Shown here one piece after another: positions 12,403-24,842 of a stretch of DNA of 34,295 bases; the first letter of the stretch is position 1, and each line of letters opens with the position of its first letter. Made by a program: the position numbers and the translations under genes. The notes under the pieces were generated by a model that saw only the letters and a program-made list of their open reading frames with translations, was not told the origin of the DNA and did not search any database. The stretch is from Vicugna vicugna (lineage: Eukaryota). The stretch lies in contig MU057403.1 in NCBI GenBank assembly GCA_013265495.1, positions 186,001 through 220,295 of the forward strand. Reading direction: 5' to 3'.

Positions 12403-13029
12403 AATATTGTACTATTTCAGCTGTGGTGTGTAAGTCACTTTTAATGCAAATATATAGGTTGCAAGACAAAAATATTAAGAATAATGATAACCACAGAAAT
12501 ATGGTAATGTATGCACAATATGAAAAGAAACGCTCATAAAGTGCCAGAGGGTAAAGGTGTAGAGCTTTTGTTTGTGACTGAAGTTAAGTCGCTAACAGCT
12601 TGAAAAAAAAAAAACTGTTCTAACTATAAGAGTTCCAATGCAAGCCTTGTGGTAACCACAAAGAAAAACTTATAGTAGATACACAATAAAGAGAAAAGAC
12701 AAAACATACCACCACAAAAAATCATAAAACCACAAAGAAAAACATCAAGAGAAGAAGGAACAAGAGAACTACAAAACAAGAGTTCATAAATAGGCAACAG
12801 TATGTCCGTAACTATCAATAATCACTTTAAATATAAATAGATCAAAATTGTCAGTCAAAAAAGATATAGAGTGGCTAAATGAATCTATAAAAGCCTCACT
12901 TTAGATTTAAGGACAGAGGGTGAAAATTAAGGGATGGAAAAAGGTATTTCATGCAAATGTTAATCAAAAGAGCAGAGGTAACTATACTTACATCCAACAG
13001 AACAGACTTTAAGTCAAAAACTCACTAGA

Positions 13030-13212
13030 TAGATAAACAAGTTTATACTATATAGCACAGGGAACTGTATTCGATATCTTTTCAGCTTATGGAGAAAAAG
13101 AGTATGAAAATGAATATACGTATATTCATGTATGACTGAAGCATTGTGCTGTGCACCAGAAATTGACACAACATTGTAAACTGACTCTACTTCAATTTTT
13201 TAAAAAGTTAAA
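13030..13212 (+). mobile_element. Short camelid-type L1 3'-end insertion inside the host L1 endonuclease region
   Basis: Tail CACCAGAAATTGACACAACATTGTAAACTGACTCTACTTCAATT plus an A-rich end. TSD AAAAACTCACTAGA (13016-13029) / AAAAGTTCACTAGA (13213-13226). Confidence 0.85.
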
Positions 13213-14514
13213 AAAAGTTCACTAGAGGCAAAGTTTATTATATAATGATAAAGGAGTAAATTCAAAAGGAAGATATAACAATTGTAAAGATATATGCACT
13301 TAAATATATAAAGCAAAATATACATAGACCTGAAGAGAGAAACTGACAGCACTTTGTCCAAAAATATTTCATGACACTTTCAGGGAAAAAAAAGTATAGA
13401 ATGAACTTACCTCAACACAATAAAGGCCATATGTGCAAAGCCCACAGCTAACATACTCATCGGTGAAAAAAAATTTTTTCCTCTAAAATCTGTAACAACA
13501 CCTGTTGAGATGGCTATTATATGTATATACGAAAGATAAGATAAGAGTTGGTGAGGATGGATATGGAGAAACTGGAATCTTTGTTGTATACTTTTGGTGG
13601 GAATGTAAAATGGTATAGCCGATATGGAAAATAGTGAAGCTTTCTCAAAATATTAGAAATAGAAATACCATATGATCCAGCCATCTCACTTCTGGGTATA
13701 TACCCAAAGGAAACAAAATCATCTTACAGAGCTATCTGTATGTTCACATTCACTGCAACCTTATTCACAGCAGCCAAGAAACGAAAATAATCCAAATGTC
13801 CAGCAAATAAATGGACATGGAAATTGTGGTATATACATATAATGGAACTATTATTCTGCTTTAAAAAAGGAAATCCTACTCTTTCCAACAACCTAGAAGA
13901 CATGGTAAGTGAAATAAGTCAGTCACAGAAGGACAAATACTGTGTGATTTCTCTTATATGAGAAATTGAAAATTGTCAAACGTAGAGAAGTAGACAATAT
14001 AATGGTGGTTACCAAGAGATGGAGGGAGACATGGGGAGTTGTTTAATGGGTATAAAGTCAGTTATACAAGATGTGTAAGTTCCAGAGATTCACTGTAAAA
14101 CATTGTGCTGATAGTTAATAATAAAGTAGTGTGCACTTAAAAATTTGTTAAGAGGGTGAATCTCATGTTAAGCGTCCTTACCACAAAAACAGAAGGGACA
14201 CACGGAAACTTTTGGAGGTGACGGATTTATTTATTATCTTGATTGTGGTGATGGTATATACACGCATCCAAACTCACAAAATGGTATGCCTTAATTATGT
14301 GTACCAATTCTTACTTCAATAGTTGAGGAAAAAATTTTGCTCCAAAACACGGAAACGACTCAAGCCTGTATCTAACTCTCCAGTTGCAGTATTAGCCCTT
14401 CTCTCTTCTTACAGTACTTAATGCCCTATGAAATTCTACCTCATGTGGTTTTAAACGCACGTTTTATTTCCTTACACATTTGTGACCTCCTTAAAGGCAG
14501 TGACAGTATCCTGC

Positions 14515-15067
14515 TGTGTTGGAGGGACCCCAATTCCACCCACAGGTTTGATGATTCACTAGGAAGACTCACAGGGCTCAGCATACTGTACTCATGGCTG
14601 TAATTTACTACACCAAAAGGACCTGAAGCAAAACCAGCAAAGGGGAAAAGCAGGCGGGGGGAAGTCCTGGGGAACCCTGGTACAAGCTTCTTAGAGTCCT
14701 CTGCCCAGAGTCACACGGGACCTGTTTAATTCCCCCGGCAACAAGTTGTGACAACGCGTGTGAAATGTTGCACCAAGAAAGCTCACTAGACTTAGTGCCT
14801 GGGGCTTGTATTGGAGGCTTATCATGTAGGAACTCTTTACCTGGTATGCCCCCAAATTCCACGCTCTCAGAAAGCAAGCAGTTGTTCAGCATTAAACCAC
14901 ATCGTTTGTACAAATAGTTTAGGCCTAGTGAGTCACTCTTACCAGTTCTGGAAATAGTGGGAAGCCTCCCCAAATCCAAATTCCCAAATGCCAGCCAAGG
15001 GCCAACGGCGTAAACAGGACTTCCAAAAGATGCAGTCAGGCCTGCTATGCCAACATTTTTCTGTCCA
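14515..15067 (-). mobile_element. Solo LTR, MER21-like, apparently inserted into an L2 tail remnant
   Basis: TG...CA termini. The minus strand begins TGGACAGAAAAATGTTGGCATAGCAGGCCTGACTGC and ends GAGTCTTCCTAGTGAATCATCAAACCTGTGGGTGGAATTGGGGTCCCTCCAACACA, as in the MER21-group consensus I recall. Confidence 0.8.
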
Positions 15068-15203
15068 CTTAGTCATGGTGAGAACCCACTGGTGCTCAAG
15101 TATCTGCTGAATTCCATTTTCAACTTTAGGCTATTGCTAAAATGAGACAATGGGAATCAAAGAAATAAAATTTCATACATACAAAGAACTATGTTTACAT
15201 CTT

Positions 15204-15675
15204 TTTTTTAACATTTTTATTGCGTTATAGTCATTTTACAATGTTGTGTCAAATTCCAGTGTAGAGCACAATTTTTCAGTTATACATGAACATATATATA
15301 TTCATTGTCATTTTTTTTCGCTGTGAGCTACTGTAAGATCTTGTCAATATTTCCCTGTGTTATACGGTATAATCTTGTTTATCACTTCTACATTTTTAAA
15401 TCCCAGTCTGTTCCTTCGCACCTCCCGCTCCCCTGGCAACCACAAGTTTGTACTCTATGTCTATGAGTCTGTTTCTGTTTTGTATTTATGTTTTGGTTTT
15501 TTTTAGATTCCACATATGAGCAATCTCATATGGTATTTTTCTTTCTCTTTCTGGCTTCTCTTAGAATGACATTCTCCAGGAACATCCATGTTGCTGCAAA
15601 TGGCATTATGTTGTTGGTTTTTATGGCTGACTATTATTCCATTGTGTAAGTATACCACAGCTTCTTCTTCCTGTT
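15204..15675 (-). mobile_element. Young camelid-type L1 3' fragment with perfect TSD
   Basis: Poly(T), then AACATTTTTATTGCGTTATAGTCATTTTACAATGTTGTGTCAAATTCCAGTGTAGAGCAC. TSD TGTTTACATCTT at 15192-15203 and 15676-15687, followed by AAAA (TCTT/AA, an L1 endonuclease-like site). Confidence 0.92.
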
Positions 15676-16544
15676 TGTTTACATCTTAAAATTGTCTGCA
15701 TGTGTTTCTAAAACCTGTCTTGCCACTTAATGTGACTGATGCCTTTTTTTCCCCTATATTACTTAAGCTTGGATAAACCAATTTCACATAAACAGCTAGT
15801 TAACCACTGTAAGAAATACAGAAGAAAGCGAAATATAGTTGGGTTAAATCACCACCACAGAGGTAATGGCCCAGGTGTGACTTCTATTTTTAACATCTCT
15901 TTGGGATCTGACTTAAGGCATTTAAATTAGCCTATATCACATTCCTCTATAGTGATAAAAATACTCTAAACGTATCACATATTATAGTCAGTATCAGACT
16001 GCTAATAAGTTCATTCACACTAGTGACAAATCTATTATGTCAATAATAAAAACTTTGACTTGACAACTCTGCTGGTAGAATCCAGGCCTGGTGATGCTAA
16101 CGGATGTTTTGGTAAAAGCCTGGAGTGGGCTGATGTCAGCCCCCATGCTTCATCACAGAGATGCCAGAACAACATTCATTGTGGTACCCCATGGCCCTAA
16201 AATGATGCTCAAGATAAGAGGCCTGTCTTGAGAACAGAAGAAAGTGGCTTGACAGACGACACAATCCCCTTTACCATTTTTTTGTTCTGGAAGCTGCAAA
16301 CTATGAAATCCTACCTAGGTTACTTCTTCAATAGACTCTATCCTGTACTTTGAAGAACTCACATAGGCTGTAAGGAAACCATTCAGGCTCTTTGATGTTA
16401 ATTTTTCCATGTGTTCAGGAACATAATCTATGAAATCTATTTACCTTCACAGCTCCTGACTATGATGGGAATGATGGGGTGAGCCAGTCACTGGAGGGGG
16501 GCCAAGATGAGGGGGAGCCTTAGTATCTGGGCTGAGGTTTAAAC

Positions 16545-16715
16545 TGGTTCTACAGGGCGGAGGTCCATAAGATAGACTGTGCAGATGCACTCTAAGTCTC
16601 TCTGAAGCACCTGAAATTATGAGTACTACTCTAGGTGGGAGCATTTTCCTGGGGAGACAATCCATAGCTTTCTTCACCTTTTTAAAGGTGACCGTGACCC
16701 AGATTGTTCGTAAAA
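16545..16715. mobile_element. hAT-Charlie-type DNA transposon (MER) fragment
   Basis: GCATTTTCCTGGGGAGACAATCCATAGCTTTC...AAAGGTGACCGTGACCC resembles a Charlie-family MITE. Subfamily not assigned. Confidence 0.5.
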
Positions 16716-17420
16716 ACTCAGGCCAAGTGTATAAGGAAACTTAAGCCAAAAGAAGGCTGCATATTGTCAGTGTTGTCCAAACCAGTGTGACCACAAGGAT
16801 TGCCTGGTACTTGTTAAATTGCTTGTAATTCTCTCCTCCAGGAAATTAACATTGAATCCTTTAAAAAATCTTAATACACATTATGATTCACTGCTTGTAT
16901 TTCAAAAAGTAAATTAGAACAAGGCAACAGTTACCCACCAGCATAGCATGTCAGAAATTATGAGTATGTTCTGTAACATGCCCATCCTTCAGATTCTGGG
17001 GAGATACACCCATTGCTGCTCCTTTGTTGGGCAAATCCAGAATAGTCCACATATTAAGTAAATCAAAATTCTAAAAAATCAGTGTTTTTCAGATGTCATG
17101 AAAAACAGTAAATCAGAAGTTGACGGCTCTGTAACATTGCTGCCCAAATAATCTTGTCTGAATCCTAATCCTCAGTTAAACGTCTCATGTAGATTTTTCT
17201 GAATTCAATCTCAGCAGCACCACCTACTGATAATTTAAATTCAGTACTTTATGTAAATTCTTAGCAATGGTGAATATCAAACAAATAACTGGAAAACACC
17301 TAGAATAGGTCTGGCTTTTCACAAGATATGTACTGAGGAAAAAATATGAGAGAGGGAAAATTTAGTATTTTTCCAAGTGGTGAATCAAATTGCATTAAAT
17401 GGCAATGCATGCTTTAATCA

Positions 17421-17779
17421 TGCTATAGATGGAATGCTTATCTCCCAGCAAGACCCACATTGAAATTCTAACCCCCAGTGTGATGGTGTCTGGAGGTGGA
17501 GTCTTTGGGAGGTGTTTAGGTCATGAGGGCAGAGCTCTCATGAATGGGATTAGCACCCTTATAAGAAACCCCAAGGAGCAGCCTACCTCCTTCCTTCTGC
17601 CATTTGAGGTTACAGTGATTAGACAGCTATGACCCAGGAAGCAGGCCCTCACAAACTGAATCTGCCAGCGAGCTGACCTTGGACTTCCCAGCTTCTAGAA
17701 CGGTGAGAAATAAACTTCTGTTCTCTATAAGTCACCCAGAATGTGGTATTCTGTTATAGCACCTTAATGGACTAAGACA
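17421..17779 (+). mobile_element. MaLR solo LTR (MLT1A-like)
   Basis: TGCTATAG...GACTAAGACA termini, internal GCTCTCATGAATGGGATTAG and GTGAGAAATAAA. 5-bp TSD AATCA (17416-17420) / AATCC (17780-17784). Confidence 0.9.
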
Positions 17780-17799
17780 AATCCAGACACATTTCTAGC

Positions 17800-18150
17800 A
17801 GGATGGCCATCCTGCATTTGTCCCCCTACTGCAAGATGTAATTGCCATCATTCTGTATTCCAGTTGGGTTCAGCCAACGAGAGGACTGGCAGGAGATCAG
17901 AGGGCAGCAGGAGACACCAGGGTACTCACTGTCCTTGTCCGTCTGTCCCGCCCACTGCACCAGTCTAGCTCTCACTGGGGTCCATGCGTTGCTGTGGACA
18001 CTCGTCCCTTTTGAGTTAGGGGTCGTGACAGTAGAGGATGCCTCAGCATCCTTCGTTCCCTTCGTCTTCAGTAAGTAGTTCTTTACTAAAGCCTGTTCAG
18101 TTGACCTCCGGAGTGTAACTCGACTTTCTGGCAGGCCGCTGACAGACACA
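17800..18150 (+). mobile_element. ERVL LTR fragment (LTR33-like)
   Basis: TTCCAGTTGGGTTCAGCCAACGAGAGGACTGGCAGGAGATCAGAGGGCAG and the end CTTTACTAAA...CTGACAGACACA. Confidence 0.65.
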
Positions 18151-18197
18151 CAGAGCTCTCTGCAAAATTATTTTGCAGGCTGTGAAACTGAATTTCT

Positions 18198-18305
18198 CAT
18201 TCACTCAACACTTATGTAAATACAACGCAAAAAGTATTCTTCTAGGTGCAATACAATACAAAGATGAAAGATTCCATTAGTATCCTCAAGATGCTCATAG
18301 TAACA
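18198..18305 (-). mobile_element. L2 3' fragment
   Basis: CATTCACTCAACACTTAT...ATACAAAGATGAA...CCTCAAGATGCTCATAG. Confidence 0.5.
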
Positions 18306-18754
18306 TACATACAGGGGATTTGGGTTGACTAAAAACTTTTTAGGTAATTGATTCAATATAACTACTTTAATTTCTACATATAATTTTATTAATCTTAGGT
18401 ATCAAATAAGTAGGCCATTTGGCCATCATGTCTCCATAGTTCCCTGAAAGAGTCTCACCTGATTTACCACCAGATTAGAACCCTGTAGTTTAAGCAATCT
18501 TAAATAAGACGCTAGAAACCTGGCACCAATTACTTTACTTGAAAATGTGTTTTTACATTCTAATGAGGTATTCTTACAAACAAATGTTTATCTTGGAGTC
18601 CTTCTGTGGGATACACACACACGTACACACACAGAATACAAAATTCTCCCTTAGTGTGAAGAATTTGGAGAGCAGGGACCTGCCTCATTCTCCGAGGTTC
18701 CAGAGTCCCCACACGGTACACAGTGAACCAGTGTGTCAATGACAAGCTGATGGG

Positions 18755-18900
18755 CAAGAGTACAAACTTTACCTAGGTTTGAACCTGAGCTATGTCACCA
18801 TCTAACTGGATGACCTTGAGCAAATCGCCGAACTCTCAAGTTTCCTCACCTCCAACATCGCCCTAGTTTAAATGAGTTATGTGAAAAGCACTTAAGAGTT
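18755..18900 (+). mobile_element. MIR SINE fragment
   Basis: CCTAGGTTTGAACCTGAGCT...TGACCTTGAGCAAATC...AGTTTCCTCACCT...AAATGAG...GTGAAAAGCACTT. Confidence 0.7.
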
Positions 18901-18979
18901 CTCATGGAAGAACACCAGTGCTTATTCAAAAAGTAAGATTAAATTGATGCTGTTTTTAACATTACCTGGAGATACGATA

Positions 18980-19132
18980 GCTAGGGCAGAATTTAAGAGA
19001 TATAATTCTCTCATTTTACTGATGATCAAACTGAGGACCAGGAAAAGTTAATGCAATAAACCATTACAGAAGACGTGCCTGATCCAGATAACCTCACTCC
19101 TAGGAAGATTCGCTCACTGGCACACCATGCTT
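18980..19132 (-). mobile_element. MIR SINE fragment
   Basis: CTCATTTTACTGATGATCAAACTGAGGACCAG, the antisense MIR core. Confidence 0.6.
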
Positions 19133-22100
19133 TAGAAACAAATGGAGTAATTCTGTCCGAAAAAAAAAAAAACAGATAAATCTGTTGATATAAAATGAAC
19201 TTGTAAATAACCTATATTTATATTTTGATTTGTAAAGTTATTTAAAATATTTAAATAAATACCTGCTATACTTAGTGCTTCGAAATGTTAGTAAACTTTG
19301 AAAACTTGGCATACACTCAAGAATCAACCAACTGCAGGACAAATCAAGTTAAAAAAAAATCAGTGAAAATAATGGCATGATGGCTGTGTGCACTTAACTC
19401 AGAAAACAATGTTTTCCTTAATTTCCCTCTTTTCTTTCTCTTTGGAGGGAGAAGGCAGGATCATAGGGTATATAATCTCACAGATTGCATGTAAGCAGAA
19501 CACGTAATTCTTTGAATCTAAATATGCTCATAAGCTCCACTGGGATCCTTTCTGATCTGGTAAGGGGGAAGAGAGTTTTCTATCCTGGATATCCATAATT
19601 CTTATCAATCACTTAAAACCATATATAAAAGGATTTTTTTAAGTTAGAAATAAGTGGTGACTAGTCACTTATTCTCCATCTCTAAATGACTCTGAGAGTC
19701 AGTTTTGATATGACTGTTTGGAAAACAAAAACTTGTTGCAGGAGATGATACACTAGGGAACGTGAGCAAAATGCAAATTTCAAGTAGCTTATGTGTGACT
19801 GTCCAGGAGAAACAGGGAGAAATGCAGAAAACTGCACCCAGCGAAACTGAGCTGCACGGGAACACACATGCGTGCACACCAGCGCCCTCAGTTCGCCGAG
19901 GCTGAGTCACACTCACCCGGGTCTGGTGTCACAACCTGCCCTTGGACTCCAGCAGCTCCTCCGCCCACCTTCACCTTCACTCATAAACACAACTCTTCCC
20001 ACGCCCACTTCCACAGGCTCGCTTCAGGTCTTGTTCGAGGTAAAGCGCCATATTTATTATAATGTTCATGTATTTGTAAACCATTTAACATGTAAACCAG
20101 TGCTGTTTTTCTTAGGTTCCTATCTTTATTCTTAATTATGTCACCGCTGAAGATTTGGAATGCTGTACCTCTAACTGGTTTTCCCCATAAACCCTAAGAC
20201 CTTTTTATTGTGCAGTTATGCAAAGCACAGTGATTTTTAGAACACATATATGCATGACAGCAGAATTCACTGTTCTGTTACAAGCTCCAGGTCATCAAAA
20301 TTATAACAACTCAAGTCTAACATACAGGAGTTATCTGCTAGAAACCACCAACATTCAGGTTTCTCTTAAGTTGATTTCAAACACTCCCTATAGAACCTCA
20401 CATTTCTCAAACAACAGCTCTTGGAATAGATATCTAGAAAAAAATTAAGTTATACACAGCATCTGTTTAATAAGCTATGAATTACTAGATAAAAAGAATA
20501 TTTAAAAATACGACTTTCAAAAGATATTACACATAGTAATTCAGATCATGCTATTCAGTTTAATGATGCTGACCTCTTGGTCAAAAAATGGAAATTATCA
20601 CTTCAGGGGTTTTAATCTCAAATGTTTTTGACAAAACTGTCAGAATATATTACCTAAACTCAGCTCTTTTAGCTATTTGTCTTCCTTCTTTGCTTAATTT
20701 TTGAGAATAATTTCCCTCACCATTGCAAATTGAACATACATAAAACATTTGGTATAAAATGGACACTTACTCAGTTTTAATTCTCCAATGAAAGCATAAA
20801 CAGATCATGTTCCAGTAAGTATTCTTTAGCAAATAGAAATTGGTTTTTTTTTTTCTTTTTGCCTTTCAAATAGAAAAATCAGCATAGTTAACTACATAGA
20901 AACGCCGGGTGAGAATTGAAATAAAAACAGAATTTTGCTCCTATCAGGCTAAAAACCTGAAGGAAATTACTCATTTTCAAATTCATGAAAGGCATGCAGA
21001 GAAGAAATACTCCTTAGTTTAAAGGGGCTAAGCAAAAGCACAATAATTTAATTTGCAGCCTAATAAAATTCCATTCCAGATACTAGAAGTCTTCTTATTT
21101 CAAATACATATTTAACTTAACCTGAAGGGAATCCATTGGCCTGCCTGCTCCCCCTTCAAGAAAACTAATATTTGGCAATCATATGAATGAAATAAAATTA
21201 CACTGATATTAAATTCTGGTATCAAAACATTTCACTAACACCAATTATAATCTAAGTAATCTTTTAAAAAGAAAAAAACCTAACTGTATAAACACAAAAT
21301 TGACTTTTACTATGACATTAAGATAAAGAACTTTAGCTGTTTGGTTTGCTTGTTTGTTTGCTTTGGTAAAACCCAAGCAGTATTCATTTCTGGAACTATT
21401 CTTGAAACAATTAACATGAGACAGCAAAAACGATTCTAAAAAGGCAGTGACTGTTCTTGCTTACAAAGGGAGACTATAACACAACCAGTGATAACTGGAA
21501 ATTTTGTTTCCCCCCCATAAACATGCTTATCTATTTCAATACTTGATATAAGCCTTTTTATCAGATTCCATGAAACAGCATAGATTTAGAAAAGAATTTT
21601 TTCAAATGCCAGCAGGATATCTAATTTCCTAAAGTGCAAACAAGAAAACTAAAAAAAAATTTATTTTATTCTTAGAATCATTTTATACAACTATATAAAA
21701 GAATGGACATATGCAACTGACCAACAGACAAGAAAAAAAGTTGATTAGAAAAAAACCAACCTTTCTTAAATGGCTAATGTTGATGTATATTAATAACTTG
21801 CATTCATAGAGTATATTAAGACATTTTTCTAGGCCAAACAGTTGTGATGTAAAAAAAATGCCACTAACTTTGCACCTTATTTAGAATATTAGAAGACGAC
21901 TCAGATAGCATCAAAGATGGAAACCACCAGCTTACACAGTTCTCTAAACTCAGGCAGTCTGCCTACTTAGTAAATGAAACAGCTAAAGGATGGCAAGCGT
22001 AGAACGTTGCTCCATCACCATGTTCACGTCAGTAAGACCAAGGGAACCCGTGCTATTCTGCCTACGAGAATGTCAAGAACGGTTAAATTCCATACCGTCC

Positions 22101-24049
22101 GATGCTCTTTCCTTCAGTTGGAGGCAATATACAAAAACAGTATATGCTTCAAAGCCATAATTATTTAAATTCTTCCCCCAAATCAGCACCACTGAAAGTG
22201 AAAGTACTATCAAGTGAAAGTGTTTCTACTTAGAGTGAAGATGTTCCGGGGGGGTCACTCAAATAGAAACCAAAGGCTGAGGAGTTTGCTAATGGAAATA
22301 AGGGATCCTCAGATTGCTCTGCAGGAAGTATATTGTTAAGACCATGTGCTAGAAACCATGCTTCCAAGTGTCAGTACCTCCTCCTTCTCTAAGCTATGAA
22401 GTAACTTCAGTGGCACACATGGTTATGCAGGCTGAATGGCAGGGAGGCTGAGGATCTGAAGCACAGAATTTCTGCTGGTTTCAAAGGGTCATGTAGTTAC
22501 ACTAACACTACAATCTGGAAATAAGTAGAAGGCCCAGAGAGATGCATAGAACTGCCCAAGATCATATATTGAGCAAGATATTCTTTTGACAAAAGATACA
22601 TCTGGGCTAAAATCTGAATTCCTACGGCAATGAACTGAAATTTCCACTTCACAGCAGACTAGAACGCCAATAAACTCCTATAATATAATTTAGTTCTTAT
22701 TCTTCTCTTCAACCAAAAGTATAACATCAATTATTAAAAAAAAAAGCCCATAAGGTCAAAAACTGACACACTGTACAATGCAAAGACTAAAACCATTTGT
22801 TTCATCCTGTGCCATCCACCATTTATAGAAATGGACTTGTTATAATAAAGCCTCTTTAGTAAATATTAAGTGAATTTACCTCTATTCTTCATTACAACTT
22901 CTTTAGTCATGTTTCACAACTCCTTGAGTGTTATCACTATATTTTCACATTATGGAATATCAAAGATACACATCGAAACTTTTTTTTTCCTCTGAAGAAA
23001 AAAACAAATTCCAAAACCAGCATATAGCTGTTTTTTTCTGTATTTTTAACTCTGAGGAAAATAATTACACCATATGGATGTTTCATATTTGGTATCCTAA
23101 ATGCCTAACAGATAATATTACATATAATTAACCAAAAACATTCTCAATTGTTTATATATTTTCTCTCTTTTTAAAGTAACAAGATACGTAATTATCCTCC
23201 ACTTAAGAAACTTCGTATATCTTGCCACAGAAACAATAGATTACAAACATTTATTCTGTTTTTTAAAAAGCCACCAACCAACTGAAATAATGTAAGGGAT
23301 TAAGCCAGCTACTTAACAACCTGATGGTGTACATTATTGTAACTTGCATGTGTTTCTAACTTGACTGATTATTAATTTTTAATCAGCCCGATTCCAATTT
23401 GATAACCAATTTCAGGAAAGTAAGTAAAAACTAGAACTTTTAAAAAGAAAGGACTTCCCTTCCTCATGAGTGATTTCAATATCTTAAAAGAAGATATGAC
23501 TATAAAAGAAGTCTTTTATGAGTTTATAATGAGAAGTCTTTTAAAACAAACATGCCAAGATGTACACCTCCCAAAACAAAGTCCTATGATTTTTTGCTAC
23601 ATTTCTATAATACCTAAAAGCCATCCAGAATGAATCAGGTAGATGAACAAGCTTGAGAGAAGTTGATTTTGGTTTGAATGAGGGAAAGGGGGAGCTAATT
23701 ATTTTTATCAAGGGCACAAACTTTCTTCAGTGACTGTAAATGCAATTTGAAATGAAGAACACAAAGCTGTACTGAGCTATGGTAGCATCAATGGCCTGAG
23801 CATATAGTCTCTTATACAGAATAACCACAGTTTAAGGCTAACAACATTCATTTATACATACAATTTTCTGATATGAGCTTGAAAAATTTAGATTCATTAC
23901 TTTTAACCATAAGTCGTATAGTTCTGACTGAATGTGGGAAATGCTATGAGACAACTGGTGTTGATCTGTAAAAAGGCAGTATCATGGAGGAAAAAAGAAG
24001 AGATTAATCTGGATTAATAGAGAATAAAGGGACATAAAAACTGTGGTGT

Positions 24050-24440
24050 ATGTTCCTGGATTTTAAAAAAACTATGCCTTCAACTGACAGTCTGGGGGTG
24101 TTTGGTAACAATAATATTACAGAATTATGTGACAAAGCTTTAGGTTGTGCAGGAGAATGTACTTATCCCTACAAAATACATGACAAAATGATTAGGTGTA
24201 TAGTTTAGTTAAAAGTCTATTGCTTTGTCTATTCATACAATAAAGTCTATGTGTATATACCCATAAAAACACACCTATACACAAACATGGATACAGACAC
24301 ACGTATAAACATACATAAAGAGATAAAGCAAATGCAACAAAATGTTAATGATTAGTGAATCTATATGAAGAATACTCAGGTGTTCAATATATTATTTCAG
24401 TCTTTCCTGTAAGTCTGAAAATTCAACATAGAAAGTTGCT
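24050..24440 (+). mobile_element. Ancient L1 (L1ME-like) 3'UTR fragment
   Basis: GATAAAGCAAATGCAACAAAATGTTAATGATTAGTGAATCT...GGTGTTCAATATATTATTTCAGTCTTTCCTGTAAGTCTGAAA. Confidence 0.6.
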
Positions 24441-24529
24441 AGGAAAAGCACCACTTGTAGTATCAGACACTGACCACAAAGGGCCAACTTAGCAACATCC
24501 TGCTCTCTCTGTTTAATCTTAACCTCTAG

Positions 24530-24842
24530 GCAGTGGTCTCCAAATCGGGTATACACATTCTAGGGCATTGACTAAAAGACCGAGAGATCTGGGAAGAAAA
24601 TATTAGAATTTCTATTAATAATTTTTTCTCTTACCCTTTTAATAAAGATTTCTACTTTTGGTGTGTTTCATAAGGTACTATATTACTACAGTAATATAGT
24701 ATATAACATACTATAATAATATAGTGTATTATTACAGAACTTGTACAATTTGTAGATACATAGACATACATATTTTTGAGGCTATAAACTCAAAAATATT
24801 TGCTACTGATGAGGGTACCTGATCAAAAAATCTGAATATATT
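24530..24842. mobile_element. hAT-Charlie-type DNA transposon remnant
   Basis: Begins CAGTGGTCTCCAAA after CTCTAGG (hAT-like terminus and target). The AT-rich body ends GAGGGTACCTGATCAAAAAATCTGAA. Confidence 0.45.

Larger units (their letters stand above)
7190..14335 (+). mobile_element. Old host L1 (L1MB-like 3' end), internally deleted and interrupted by younger L1s
   Basis: Colinear remnants: 5'UTR start GTGACATCAGCAAGATGGTGGA (~7197-7522), ORF1-like region (~8250-9075), spacer and endonuclease start (12420-13029, 13227-13350), RT piece (~13360-13497), ORF2 end and 3'UTR (13500-14335). Confidence 0.8.

Noticed and set aside
19876..19896. CTCF-like motif CAGCGCCCTCAGTTCG
   Set aside because: Mismatches in the core CT(A/G)(G/C)TGG half; too weak to call.
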